Source: Wallemia ichthyophaga EXF-994 (lineage: Eukaryota; Fungi; Basidiomycota). From it: 62,000 nucleotides of DNA. The stretch spans positions 1 to 62,000 of the forward strand of contig NW_008806284.1 in assembly GCF_000400465.1 (NCBI RefSeq), read 5' to 3'. Every line of letters starts with the position of its first letter. Positions within the stretch are counted from its first letter, which is position 1. A model generated the notes under the pieces. The model searched no databases, had not been told where the DNA came from, and saw only the letters and a list, made by a program, of their open reading frames with translations. A program made the position numbers and the translations under genes. Positions 1 through 14,720 of the stretch are shown piece after piece.

Positions 1-1355
1 AGACCTGGCAGTCCGCAGATGTGCGATGATCTGAAAGTTACGTCAAGCGCGATATTCTCAGGCCCAGATGCAGTGAACAAGTTCATCGATAGCTTGGATC
101 GATACGAGGACACCGCCATGGCTATATCCCAACTCGGCCCGTTCTTCGATAGCAACGAGTCTTGGTCTGGCGAGCAACTCAACCAGCGAATTCTCAGTGC
201 GTTTAAAGTAGCTTTGCTTGTCTTTCCTCATCTCTTCATCAGTCTCCATCAACGATATCATCGACAAACGCTCTCAGAGAAGGCTTGACGTCGTTCAGCG
301 CGTTATTTTCAACCACATTAAGCCTTATTTCTCAAATCAGCACAAGAGCGTCAATGCGGACACGGGAAGAGTTAGGATGAGGGATCTCGCTAATGAGCAC
401 ATCGATTCTATCGATGCACCTGCATGGAAGACGCACAAGTTTGGCATTTGGGGTACATTAGCACTCCTCATGAGTATCACGGATGTACGATACCATCTTT
501 ACTGTAGCGCTCCGCTCACACAAACCTAAGGTGTCGCAATGCTGGTTCATGTTCCTGCCTCCAACTATGAGCATGCTTGATGACCCCGAGCCTTTCTTTA
601 AGGTGCGCGGTGTGAGACTTGCAAGGATGCTCATAGATACGTTAGATAGTAAACTTATCAATCAGGCTGGTCTGCGCACACTGTGGGAAAGTGTGAGTTT
701 TGCATTTTCTTCTTCGGTACCTTCTGACACCCTCACCAGTCGTTTTCTACTGCCCTTACATTTTTCGCACAAGATCACGGCGCGGAATTGCTTATCGGCG
801 CTGTAGAAGCCACGCTAGCTCTCTATCGCAAGACGACAGTTGACACAGAATCACTCTACAAACTCACATTGGATAGTGTCATTCAGCCTTGGTTCTATGC
901 AGGGGATAAGCTGGCTGTATTGTTTCCAACTTTCACTGTACTGCCTCAATTGCTAGAAGCGATGGATATAAATTCTGTGCGGTTTCTGAAGGTGGGCGGG
1001 CGTTAATCAAAATAGTGTCAGTCTCATCTAACAACAACAGGCTATCATCCCACAGATCAACAAAACTCTTCTTATTGCCTCTCCAAACGAACACTCCTTG
1101 CCTGTCCAGACGGCTGCTCTCGACGCGCTAAGCACGCTGATCCGGGTGTGCGAGCCACGAATACATCAGCGCAGAGTGCAGATACTTGAAGGATTAGTCA
1201 AAGCTTTTGTGAAAGATGGTCATCATCCGGAACACTGCTCCAGACTCCAGTATTGCTTTGGTGTACTTAAGAAGACTGCGCCGCAAGTTAGTGATGATTT
1301 CAAAGCGCTAACCAACATACACCCGTCTTTGAGCTCTTTAGACATTGACTTTTAG
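1..1355 (+). CDS. TTI2: TTI2-like (TTT complex, Tel2-interacting protein 2) helical-repeat protein; 5'-truncated, multi-exon
   Basis: ORF pieces join through introns at ~208-242, 486-530, ~693-740 and ~992-1040. Motifs IKPYFSNQH..VNADTGR, FLPPTMSMLDD and ALSTLIRVCEPRI..ILEGL resemble the Tti2 family. Confidence 0.55.
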
Positions 1356-2110
1356 TTGTTCAATAACACACTACGCAGGTGTTTATATTTTCTATACCTT
1401 CCTCCAATTCAGACAAGTTCATCACCGCTCTCGCAATGACCTCATTTGAGCGCTTGAATTCACAGACTACATGATTTCAGATAAAGCTGTGCAGCCTCGA
1501 TACAGGTCTCATATACGTCCTTACAAGGTGGAGACGGGATAGCAGTATCTCGTGGATGAACATCGGCACCATTTGTCAATGAGAATAAGGTTGCTATAGT
1601 TGGTGGTTAGGTTGATACATCCTTGGTCAGAGTTTAATTGTAAAATAGCGATTGGTTTGAATTGTGTAAGGACGTCGGCATGACTTTTTCAGGAACATCA
1701 GAAAAAGTAAGAGTGTCCCAAATTTGCTTGAGTAAATGGGTAGAATGTTTCATAAGCTCAAAGCGTCCCGAATAACGCTGACACAGCATATGAAAGTCGA
1801 TGATACTTAGCTTTACTCAAAGGCGGGGTGATGTAAGCAAGGGTGATGAAATGGGACAAATTGCTCGCCAATCACTCAAATAGGTGGTTATTACACGGTT
1901 ATACTTTTGTTATGCTCCAGTGTTCAGTGCTGTGATGAGTACCTGAAATTCGTTTGCCTGGTTCAGCAGAAGCAATGGCTAGAATTGATAGACTGTGCGT
2001 ATGTGTGTATTCAGACTACAAACACATGCCTTTCTTTAGTATATGACATCAATACATTACAATATTCCAATAAGTTATGCTTTCTATAATCTCTAAACCT
2101 CTGCTCCACT

Positions 2111-3676
2111 TCACTCAACCACTGTATTCCATGGCTCTGGAGTGATTTTGGCGCGATTAAAGGTATGCTGCATGGCCTTTTCTTCCTCCCCGTTGATCTT
2201 GTCGTCTGTAACAGTCTCTCTGACAAAGGTGACAACTTGAGGCGAGCCGCTCTGTCCAAACCTACCCACACGACCAGATATGTGCGAGTACTTTGTGACA
2301 TCCTTTGTTGGACCTGCAATCATAACAAGCTCGAGAGAAGGCATGTGCAAGCCCCGTACAGCATGCTCGTGGGTAATGTAAAGTGTTCCTTTATCGTCAT
2401 CACCTACGTTCTCCTGCAACCCTTCATCTTGATCATCGTCCTTTGAAAGGTTGACGAGCTGGCGTGCGTTAAGACCAAGCTCACCAAAGAAATCCTCTAG
2501 CCGCTTTATCGATGCGTTCGATGGTACAATCAGTACTGCAGACCCATTGTTATCATTGTGTGCACTCCATATCGCAAATGCCGCTGCTACACTTTCGAAT
2601 AAATTCTCGTCCTCATTCGCCTCTCCTAAAAACTTGCTCACCTCATTGCGTCTGAGTTGCAACTCCTTACTGCCACCAATTTCACTATCGTTTGTACGAA
2701 TGTTGCGAATTTCACCACGGTTGTTAACCACAACACAACAGTGTCTCACTCTTGTGCCCTTATCGCTGGTGTCAGCATTGATGTATGAGGTAGCTGGACC
2801 AGCCCAACGCTTTTCGACCTTAAGATGACCCCTTAGGGGTGCGTTGAGGGACGCGCTCGTCGCGATGAACTGTATTTTGCGATCGCGACCTCCCATCAAA
2901 GCATCTATGAGCGGGTATAAGACGTCCTTTTTCTTCTTTGGCGATTTCTTGAACGATCTTGTCGATCTTCTTGTTGATGGCGATGGTAGGAGCGCGTCAA
3001 CCTCATCAAGCGCGATGCAGCTGAGGTCTTGGACTATGTTGCGCTTCGCTTGAATGTTAAAGAGGCTTGGGTCGTGAGCTAATGCATCAGCTAGGCCGTT
3101 AGGGGTGCAGACGAGTACCTTGGGGATTGTAGAGCGCAATGTCAACACTTGATCTGAGGTGGATAAATTTGGTGAGCGATAGAGTGCGCCGACGTAGCTG
3201 GAGTAAGTCTGTGGGTATAAAGACTCGCTCCAGAAAGTATATTGCCGTAGTAGCTCATATGTTGGGACCATAATCAATCCAAGGATACTCTGTCTATCGT
3301 CCTCGTTCACGCTGGCGAAGCTTGTGCTCATTGCGAGAGGATCAAATGTCACCCTCCTGCTCCGGCTGCTAGACTTTTCATCTGCTCGCGTGCGTGATGC
3401 CTGTGATAAAAGAGATAGCAGCAACCCAAGTGACCTGAAGAGAGAAGACAGGGTGAGATCGGAGAGAATGCGACCAACTGCAACTCACTTTCCATCACCC
3501 GTATCAGCCTTAAGAAGTACATCGTATCCGTTTGTAACCCTGGTGATCAGCTCGGATTGTGCATGTGTGGGCGTGCGTATGCTGGGGAAGCTGGACTGGA
3601 CGCGATTGAGGAGATCCGGAGAAAGTGGTAAACTACTGAAGCTGCCAATTTTCAATCTAATTCGTGACCATCTCAT
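2111..3676 (-). CDS. DEAD-box-family ATP-dependent RNA helicase, probably mitochondrial
   Basis: Motif I ADTGDGKS (joined across an intron at ~3435-3488), DEVD, TSAS, RGL and motif VI HISGRVGRFG. The N-terminus MRWSRIRLKIGSFSS is Arg/Ser-rich, like a presequence. Confidence 0.85.
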
Positions 3677-3694
3677 CGTTGTGCACTCGCAACC

Positions 3695-4672
<978 letters not shown>

Positions 4673-4744
4673 GTTTTAACGTATAAGAAAAAGAGCTGTC
4701 AACAAAGCTTAAATGAATAGACGATACACTGTTTAGTTTGAGAG

Positions 4745-7225
4745 CTATTTGACTAGCTGATTACCGTCATAGTCTGTTATTTTGCCGTCTCGATTGACTG
4801 TGGGTGTGTTGAACACACTTTCGTCGTAATTCTCCTTATCAATCATGCTGTTGTTCATGGCATCCTCATCTTCCTCACCTAGCACTTCGAATTTCGCCTG
4901 GTCTTTTCTGCGCTGACTTGCAACGTGCAATTGATTGACTAGCTCAATCTTCTTGTTGGTGTTAATCTCACTCTGTTCTGATTCCGTTCTAAGTCTATCC
5001 GCAAACTCTACCTCTTGTAGCGTCAATTGCTCACGCATCAGCTCAAGACACTCCTCTCTGGTTCCCATTTCTATCTCCGCACAACGCATCTCAGCTTCAA
5101 GCCATCTTTCCTTCATGTCTTGGAGTTCAGAAAAGAGGAATTCTGTGAAAGGATCGTTCTCATCGTCGCTGTCTATCTCACTACCCTCTTCATCTGTTGC
5201 ACGGTTATCTGTGTCCGCTTCGTCCTCCATAGCTATGCTTTGATCTCCCACTTGAACATTGACGAATTTATCGCTCAAGCTCTCGTCACTACTTTTGATA
5301 CTTTTATGACTGCTATTGCTTGGCGTATGTCCGATCCTCTCTCTAATTGCACCTAATGTGTCTTTGATGGTAGAGTTAACCTTCTTAGGAAGCAAGGTTG
5401 ATGGCGCTTTTGAGACGTTGACATCGCGAGCTACAGCTGAGAACTTCATTACATGGGACGTTTCCATGAATGATGTGTCGAATGGGTTGCAATGCACCAA
5501 CATTACTGCCTTGCCGTCTCCGACAAAGAAGGATTGGAATATCTCTGTCAACTTGGAATGTCTAAATGGTACCGGTGCTGGCTGTAATGCTTTAATTTTG
5601 GGTGTGATTTAACAAAGGACGAGAATAACGTACCTTCTTATTCTCCTGACGACGCTGATTAGCACGGAGGATCTCCATACATTGACCCAAAACCATCAAA
5701 GACTTGTTAATGTTACCAGCTTCACGCAGACGTTCACCTGTATTGCCAGTGTTTTTGCTTCTCTCAGAACCAGCTAAATCGACCAGTGAGAAACGAGAAA
5801 ACGAAACTGCATTCGGATCCTGAACATCTGTTAGCATTTGCGTGTTTTAAACACAAATAATCACCTTCTGTGCTCCACTATTCACTCTCATCACGCGAAT
5901 GTTGAAGATGGAGTGTGAACGACTACTAGCGCGGTTTGCGAGTGTCGAGAATACTTGTCTGTTGTGTGTGCCAAGCTCTAGTAAGGCTCTTGCTTGCTGT
6001 AGGGACTGTCAGCCATCACCTTTAAATCAAGACAACACTTCAAACCCACCTCAGGGGTGTCACAACGAACTTCTCTCAATCCTTCAATGTACTTGGCGTC
6101 AGCATCTCTATCGCTCCTCAATCCAAGCGCTTTACGCTTAACGACTATGGTTGTTTTCTTTGAAGTAGCAGTACCCATGCTACCAACGCTATTGCTGGGG
6201 TGTAAGTTGGAGGTGGATGGCAGACTCTCAAGCAAATCATAAACCTTCTCATTGTAAATTTCAGCAAAAGAAATCCAGATTGCGTACTTGTAGTTTTTGT
6301 CAAGATTGAAAGACGTGTCCTCGGATTGAGAAACAGGATTAGGTTTTCCAGGGAAAACATCGTGGAAGAATTGAGCATGCTGATTACGATGTCCAGATAA
6401 ACCAGAGAGTAAGCTAGCGTGTGGAGAGTGGCGGGTGCTTTCCACGGCTGAGACCTTTGATGGTCTGAAATCGTGATTGGCTTTCAAATCACCGATACTG
6501 TTAAAAATGACATCCAAAGTGCGCGGAATGATGCCCTCCTGACCTTCACCTTGGCCACCTTGCATTGAGTATGTTTTACCAGAGTTTGTGACACCATAAG
6601 CGAATAAGAGAGCATTCTGAGACTTGAGAAGAACATCTTCAACGAGTGGAAGAGTCGTTTGAGTGAAGAAATCTGATTGTGAAGAAGACAATTGCATCTT
6701 CTCTTTCGAGGCGGTTGAAGGCATATCAGAGAGGTTTGGATGGAATACCTTTGTGAAGGCATATCTCTCTGAGCTGATTCCAGCGCCAAGTGAGAGTCTG
6801 CTGCCGCCTAACAAAGAATCTGAGGGAGCTGTCAACTCAACTTGAGTTGGGCTAATGACTTGTAAATAAGGATCACTAAGGGAGCGGTCTCTAGTTCCAG
6901 CGTCAGGATTTCTAACTCGTAAATAAGTCTAGCAGGTGAGTTAGGAATGTGAGTCACTGGCACTGCAACTGAATCTAACCTTGATAGGCTCCTTCTCTGG
7001 CGAGTATTGGGCGATAGACAGTTTACCTTTGTGATTTGTAGTGGTACGCCTCTTTTGACCTTCAGCGACGACGACTCTACGCGCTGCGTTTGTTGCAGCA
7101 GTTGCTGTTGTAGCTTGAGCCCGTCCAAGTGTAGGAGAAACAAAAGATTGATTAGATTTCAAAGGCAATTTCGAAGGAGATTGATTGGTTGGAGATTTCT
7201 TCGTTTGTGATCGCGTCGTCCTCAT
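4745..7225 (-). CDS. Kinesin-6 family motor (KIF20/Klp9-like)
   Basis: P-loop GVTNSGKTYSMQG, SFAEIYNE, LVDLAGSER, NINKSL and VMKFSAVA, with a large loop insertion and a C-terminal coiled coil. Several introns. Confidence 0.9.
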
Positions 7226-7274
7226 CGTTCAACTTGAAAATACAATAAGGCGCGTCACTCAAACTCAAACGACG

Positions 7275-8752
7275 ATGGACGGTGATGTACTGGTTAATGC
7301 GCCGATTGTGATTGATAATGTGGGCAATCGGATTTCATCATTCACAACCATATTTATATTTCAAAGGGCTCCGGTACAATCAAAGCTGGTTTCGCAGGCG
7401 AGGATCATCCAAGTTGCTTCTTTCCCGTAGGTTGGCGCGCTTGCGGGTCTTTTATACTCAAATTACTCCTCATAGTCACAGTCGGTCGATTCTTCTTTCC
7501 TTACTTCCCCACTTAACCAATATTCAGCGTTGGGAGACCAAAACATGCAAGAGTTATGGCAGGAAGCTTAGAAGGCGAGCAATTTATTGGCAGAAAAGCT
7601 CAAGAGCTGCGTGGATTGCTTAAAATTAAGTATCCAATGGTATGTACCGCTGGCGAAAAACCCACACACACCTAACGCATACAGGAACACGGTATCGTCA
7701 CAGACTGGGAAGATATGGAGAGAATTTGGTCTCACATATACGCTGATGAACTCAAAGCACTTTCAGAGGAGCATCCTGTGTTACTCACAGAAGCACCGCT
7801 CAATCCACGCCAAAACAGAGACATTGCTGCTCAAATATTCTTTGAAACTTTCAATGTTCCTGCCCTTTTTACTTCGGTACAAGCGGTTTTATCTCTCTAC
7901 TCCTCTGGTAGAACAACTGGTTTAGTCTTGGATTCTGGTGATGGTGTCACTCACGCCGTTCCTGTCTATGAGGGCTTCTCAATGCCACATGCTATTAGAA
8001 GGGTTGACGTCGCTGGTAGGGATGTCACTTATAACTTACAGATGCTGTTGAGGAGGTCCGGTTTCAACTTGACAACATCCGCAGAATTGGAAGTTGTAAG
8101 GACAATAAAGGAAAAGTGCTGCTACGTGGCTCTCAATCCACAGAAAGAAGAGAAGGAGGCTGCTAGTAGGGGTGACAATGCGCGTAAAGAGGAGTTTAAG
8201 CTGCCTGATGGACACACAATTAGAGTGCGTCTTCTCCTTCCCTTCATACCTCTTCTCACTACCCCCACAGCTAGGTCCCGAGAGGTTTAGAGCACCAGAG
8301 ATACTCTTCAATCCAGAACTCGTTGGTTTGGAAGACGCAGGTGTACATCAAGTTGTCGTAGATTCTATAAACAGGTCTGATCTTGACCTCCGAAAATCCC
8401 TCTTTGGCAATATCATTTTATCTGGTGGATCAACCTTGACTAAAGGTAAGTGTGTGGCCAGTAGCTTCAATAAAGTCCCCTAAGAAAAGAAACCCAGGCT
8501 TCGGTGATAGATTGCTCGCAGACGTCAAGAGGCTGGCACTTAAGGATGTCAAAATTAAGATCTACGCCCCACCTGAACGCAAGTACTCTACATGGATTGG
8601 TGGATCTATCTTAGCTGGTTTGAGTACTTTCAAAAAGGTGTGTCTTTGGGGAGGCTATATTCTCACAACCAACTAACTTTATCTTATAGATGTGGATATC
8701 GGCTGAGGCTTTCGCTGAAGATCCTGATATAGTTCACAAAAGAGCCTTCTGA
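7275..8752 (+). CDS. ARP1: Actin-related protein 1 (centractin, dynactin filament)
   Basis: [15 protein letters not shown]|[56 protein letters not shown]. Seven introns, including a 5-nt micro-exon at 7476-7480. Confidence 0.95.
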
Positions 8753-8814
8753 TAGAATTTCAAGTTAATTTATACCCACATACATATGCGCAATTGATTC
8801 AAATAAATACGATA

Positions 8815-11224
8815 TCAGACTTGTTTAAATACGTCTGTTTGTATACCTTGGACTTCTTCATAGTGGAGTTTTGACAAAGCCGCTCTTTTTACTAGCTCGA
8901 GATAGCTTGCCAGGGTGTTCGAACCGGCGACGCCCTTCTTTATCAGTGATGTTGACCGTCTTACGAACTCGAGGTAGATGCGGTAGCGCTCATCAGCCAC
9001 GGTGTTAGCAAGGTTGAGTGCTTGGTCAATATATCTATATTTTGATTAGATTGAGCGGTTGCTGTGACATCCACACTCACCCAATGTTGATAGACTTGGC
9101 TTCGTAAAGGGATGTATGCAATCTATGTACCAGCTCCGGTATGTATATCTCTCTTATTCTCTCCAACTCCATCACCCGCTTCTCGTGAGCGTCTTCTCCA
9201 AGCCTCATCCACTCAGTAGTGAAAATCTCCATTGACTTCTCCTTGACAATGTGAGTAAGTGTCTAGTGAACATATAATTGAGTCAGAAGCATATCATCAA
9301 AACAATCACCCACCTCCACCTGATCTGACCAAGCTTTGTAATCCAATTTAGCAACTTTGTTAGTATCAGGTTGGGCCGTCCACAGCTCAACGAGTTTGGT
9401 GTGATTATCAAGCAGCTCAAATAGCTGTTTATATCCACTATATTCGACAATTTGATCGTCGATACTAATGACGTCTTCCTCTTCCATGTTGCTGTTTGGT
9501 TGATGCGCCATTAGATCAGCTGGTAGCGAGTCGAGAAGCTTGTAAGCAGCAGAAACATTACCACTTGCCAAAAAGTACCTCATCAGCCCATTACTCTGTA
9601 CCAATGCGAATCTGTAAGTTTCTTTTGCAAAGATGAGCCACTCTATGGATCTAAGCAGAGAGAGATTTTTGTACGACAAATTACTGGTATTTGCGAATGT
9701 TGTAATATCTGGTGCTATTGTGGGTACTTCCGGTAATCTAGTAAATGTGTCGATAAGTGTCAGCTCAACAGTTCTGCATGCAACACCCTCCAAATCCAAT
9801 CCATGCTCACGCGTTTGCATCAGAGCGGCTTTCCTGACATCAATTGGTGTGGTTATGTCAAGTGAATGGAGATAGTGGGCAAACGACTCCCCACCAGCAC
9901 CTTCACCAAGACAGCCTGCATACATTCCTACCAGCTCCTTCGCTTCGTTACGTTGCTCAAGAGTGCGCACGTAGACTTCTAATATAATCTCAGCGGGTCC
10001 GTTGGGTACATCCTCTGTTGGATTTTCGTCGTCGATTGCACGAAGAAAGAGAACAAGGTGGGCAAAGAATCTAATCAAATGTGCGAAAGCATCAGGAGAT
10101 ACCATCTGAGCTGTTTGGGGGATTTGAGAAGCAAAGTTGGTCAGCAAATGATTTGTTCTCTCAAGCATGACATTTGTTTGAGTGATTCTGAAAGGATTAT
10201 GGGCTGAGTTGCCGACGTTACCGCCCAGCTTGAGTATTTCTTCAAAGATTGCTTCCAAGTTTTCGGCGACTGGTTCGCTTTCGGGAGCGTTGGTATTGTC
10301 TATAGATTCATACCAATATCCACCAGTATTTCTAAGTGATTCATCAATTTTTCTCTCCATCAAGGCATTTACGCGTGCCCAAAGGTGATCCTCCCAAGTG
10401 CTGCACACGGGTATGACTGAAGAGAGAGTACCCGACAGACAACCATACAGAGCCCTCTCGTATGGGTCAAAGTCAGGGTTCTCGCTCAGTTGTGAAGCAA
10501 TTTGTTTCCAAAGTTTACGCTGCTTGTTGCCGGATATACCATTATTGAGAGCAATTTCGGGAGAAGCTAGCGAAGGATCATCCCACAACTGACCACCACG
10601 CAAACTAGCAGCACGCCAGGGCTGATCGGATGAGCGACAAGCATCCAACGCCAAGTCCATTCTGCCCAAACGGATGTATTCGAAGAGAGTGCGCGTGAGA
10701 GGTTTATCATACTGAGAATCCTCCACGTCGAGTTGCTTGCGTTGACGAAGGGGAGCGTCAGGATCAATGGAAGTGACAAGAGAAGGGGGAGTACTTCCCT
10801 GTCTCTTTGCCTGCTTGAGCTTGTTTTTAGTGTAAGTGTGGTAGCCTTTGCGGATTTCGACGGGGTATAAAGGAGTGGGGATGCTATGGAGCCATTGTCT
10901 GATAGTATTAAGTTCCAGAAGTTCGTTGGATTGAGAAATGAGTGGTTGAGTGAGGGTGAGTGGTGGAGTGTAAATATTTGATTGTAAGATCTCATTTGCT
11001 GAGAATCCATCATCCAAACCAGCCAAACGATCTTCGTAGATTGCGTGTATAAGCGTCCAAGTATTCCTCTCTAGGCTCCATGCTTCGCGTTCAGCGTCGT
11101 TGAGATTCGAATGAAGAATGTTATCGCATAGTTGAGCGAATAAATCTGGGAGATGAAGAATATTTCCAGATTTGTTATTCGAAATTTCAGATAAAATTCC
11201 CGCGAATTGCTGATACACGGTCAT
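8815..11224 (-). CDS. NUP84: Nuclear pore Y-complex subunit Nup84/Nup107
   Basis: 657-aa ORF with WSLERNTW, DPDAPLRQ, FEYIRLG, QPWRAASLRGG and TWEDHLWA, plus 3' exons ending at 8815. First true ATG at 11224; the track's 11236 start is TTG. Confidence 0.9.
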
Positions 11225-11265
11225 TGTAAGGTTCAAAGGAACGACGACGACGAATATCAGATGAA

Positions 11266-12838
11266 ATGAATAAATTAGGTGGAATCGCAGGAATACTCAT
11301 CTTCATTTCTTCACTCATCTCTTACGCTGCAGAGACTGAATTGGCTCAAGTCGTTGAATCACGCTTAGGCTACTCAAAGCCTTACTTTATGCTCTATCTA
11401 GCACACTCCAGCTTCTGTTTCTGTCTTCCTCTTCACCTTCTCTTCCTCAAGATTACTAGCAGCGTCCCTTCGAAGCTCTACCTCAAAGGTCTCGCTCTAG
11501 CAACACGCAACGTACTCACCCCAAATGCCAGTCAGCCTTCACACAACGCTGGCTTCTGGGATATTCTCCCGGTCAAAGTTAGCTTGATTAGAATGTACTT
11601 CCTCACCGCTATGGCTACACTTGCCGCTGTCTGTTGGTGGGTATCTGTCAAATACACGACGTGTGTCAGATCATTCCTATCTGATTAATCCCTCTAATTA
11701 TTTTCATCCAGTGTTGCTGATCTCACTGCTATTTGGAATAGGTAACTACCCCTCCCCCCACTCCGCAATCGTCTCTGATAAACACCTCCAGCTCAGCTTT
11801 CTGGGCATATATTTTCGCAATATACCTCCTCGGTGAGAAACTACAAAAGTCTAAGCTAGGCGCTGTTGTCCTGGCTTGTTCTGGTGTTGTGTTGATTGCG
11901 TATGGAGGTGAAAGATCTTCACGCGAAACACCCCTCGAGGAAGGCGAAAAGAGAGCTAGATTTTCAACAGCATTGCTTGGCGATCTCTTGGTATTCATTG
12001 GTAGTCTCACTTTCGCACTTTTCGAAGTTTGTCTTAAGAAATACGCAAGTTTACCTGATAAGCATGATAATGACGAACGAGATGAATATGAGTCTGACGC
12101 TTTCGATTTCGGTGAGAGTTCAGATGAGGAGGATGTCGAACATCAAAAAAAACACAGAGACGACGGTGACGAATATGAGCATGAACAATTCAATTATGAA
12201 ACAAACAATCAAGACGAAATTGATGATACCCTAAAAACATCTCAGAGACCTGGCTTTCTGAACCACGCTAACTCTACATCTCCACTCATTGAAGCCAATA
12301 ACGTTAGTAGTGGTAATTTACATAGAATGAGTATGAGTAGGAGAGAGAGCAGCAATTCTATATCCACACTCGCGACAAACCCCCCTTTCGGCTTACATCC
12401 TAATCTCGTCAGTACAAGTATAGGATTAATCACTGTGCTCACTTTATGGATACCTATACCTATACTTCACTGGATTGGTTGGGAAAAGTTTGAACTCCCA
12501 CCTTCTGCGGCCGCTTATGGATATATAGCAGCGATGGTGATGTTTGGTATGGTGTTTAATGGAGCTTTTATAGTGAGTTTAAGGAGTATTGAGCCGTGTT
12601 TAGTACTGATGGATCATGCACAGGCACTTTGTTTTATATGGGGTCCAGTTATGGCATCTGTTGGAGTGAGTTTCAAGTTCTAGACGTATTCAACACTAAC
12701 AGAGATGATCAGTCGCTATTGACGATTGTGTTGGTGCAGATAGTGGATGTGCTAGTAAATCACGTACCACTGACATTATTCAGCGTGCTAGGAGGATCAT
12801 TGATCGTACTTGGCTTTGTTTTACTTGTAATTACCTGA
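11266..12838 (+). CDS. Drug/metabolite transporter (EamA/SLC35-like) with a long acidic cytosolic loop
   Basis: Multiple hydrophobic TM segments, YSKPYF, LGEKL..SKLGAV, GDLLV and LHWIGWEKFELP. Three short introns. Confidence 0.75.
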
Positions 12839-13098
12839 TTGATAATGTATTGATTCAAAATAACTTTAATTTCCATTTATAGCCAGTTGCTCCGCCAAGA
12901 AAGATTTTCACGAGCAATGGCGGTGTACTATCTAAAACTAGAGAGAGTGGGGTATATGTGGAGTAATAGAGAATCAAAGTAGCCACCAATTACCATAAAC
13001 ATAATGGATGATAAATTCAACGTTTTTAATTGGAGCACACATGCTTTTCAACGCGCCCGCCTCTCTTCCGCTCTAACCACAAAGACTCCAAAAAAATA

Positions 13099-13525
13099 AT
13101 GGGATACGAACCAGGTAAAGCTGAAAAGGGGTTAGTGGTGGCTGTGATTTGATTAACCTTTCTAACATACCTACCCATACAGTGCAGGTCTTTTCAAGAC
13201 TAGGTAAGCTTGGACTTGTCGTTCGCCACTGAGCACCACTAACGGAGACAGATGCGCTCAATGTCACAACGTCGGCGCAGGTGAAGGCCACAAGGTTGGT
13301 CCAAACCTTCACGGTCTTTTCGGTCGCAAAACAGGCCAAGCGGAAGGATTCAGCTACACGGAAGCCAACGTAAAGAAGGGCATCACATGGGATGAGAACA
13401 CTTTGTTCGATTACCTTGAAAACCCAAAGAAGTACATTCCTGGAACTAAGATGGCCTTCGCTGGTCTTAAGAAGCCAAAGGACCGTAACGACATCATCAC
13501 TTTCCTTAAGGATGCAACCAAGTAA
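13099..13525 (+). CDS. CYC1: Cytochrome c
   Basis: [11 protein letters not shown]|AGLFKTR|[33 protein letters not shown] after two introns. Heme motif CxxCH. Confidence 0.98.
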
Positions 13526-14164
13526 AACTAAAACACCTTGTATAGAATATAATTTGGCAGATAAAAGATAAAAATATGAACTCACCTCTCTATTCCATTT
13601 TGTCGTAATTAGTGTGGCTCACCCAATGAACCAATCAGAATTGATACTTAGTAAAGTGTTATTTTCTGTCTAGTTGAAAGATTGGAATTAGTTTATAATA
13701 AGACTGGCTAAACAACCTCTTGCAAACCTTCTGTCTTGTTATTCCGTTGCGTTTAACAAAGTGAAAATTCTTCAGATTTGTGGAAATTGTGATATCACGG
13801 AAGAATTTCAGGCTAACGATATATTCAGGTAAGATCAAATTGCTTAAGCGTGTAACGTTGCCAATTTAAAGTTGAGAAAGTTTTTTAAAAGTATCACCGA
13901 ACATAGCCATACTTTTGCACAGAATCGCTGCCATCTCGCTCATAGTGGTTTGTTGAGTTTAGAGCCTTTGCAATATACTATTTTACCAACTCGCGATGCG
14001 AGATAACGCTGTTGTTGACTGGATGTAACACACAACACGCTACTCGTAAATTATCAATAAAGTCATTAATGCGAGTAAATTAAACTTCACTTGCGTCCAA
14101 ATAAGCCTAGCCATCTTTTCGGATAAAAAGGGAACCAAATTACATCGCTTAGTTACGGCAAATG

Positions 14165-14179
14165 TATATATATATATAT
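14165..14179. repeat. (TA)n microsatellite
   Basis: tatatatatatatat in the intergenic gap. Confidence 0.8.
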
Positions 14180-14720
14180 GTCTAGCGATAGCTGCTTAGG
14201 CTATGTTAGATGTATATCGATTACCCGCTGCATACGCTGCTTAAGCTCTGTCGCCTATCTCATCTAAAGATAAATGCCACTCCATTTACATCTTTGACAC
14301 GTGCAGTCAACAAATAGATGCTGACATATAGATTTTTTAGTCACTATGGATCCCTGTATATTAGCCAAGTATCCCCACAATCCTACATCCTCGCAAATTA
14401 CAAGCCAAGAAAATCCAGGAACTGCTCTCGGACAGTCGTGCTACTCCGAATATTCCAACACAAAGCTGCATTCTTACTCCGAGGAGATTTGTATCATTTG
14501 GTATTCCAATTCAGTGAGGGTTGTGATGCGTGTATATTTGATGTACAGCTGATGAGACCCTGAGTAATCCAGTATACGATTTAAACTGAAATTAATTTGT
14601 AAACTTCCCACCTACCAACACGCCGATTCACACAACTTCAAAATTGACTCAAATCACCGGAATATCTCAGCGCAGCACAGAATCGCTTATAAGTCGTACC
14701 TCCATCATCAAAGCGTTATT

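Noticed and set aside
13073-13585. 170-aa minus-strand ORF
   Set aside because: Antisense to cytochrome c. Strong codon bias in highly expressed genes commonly leaves open antisense frames.
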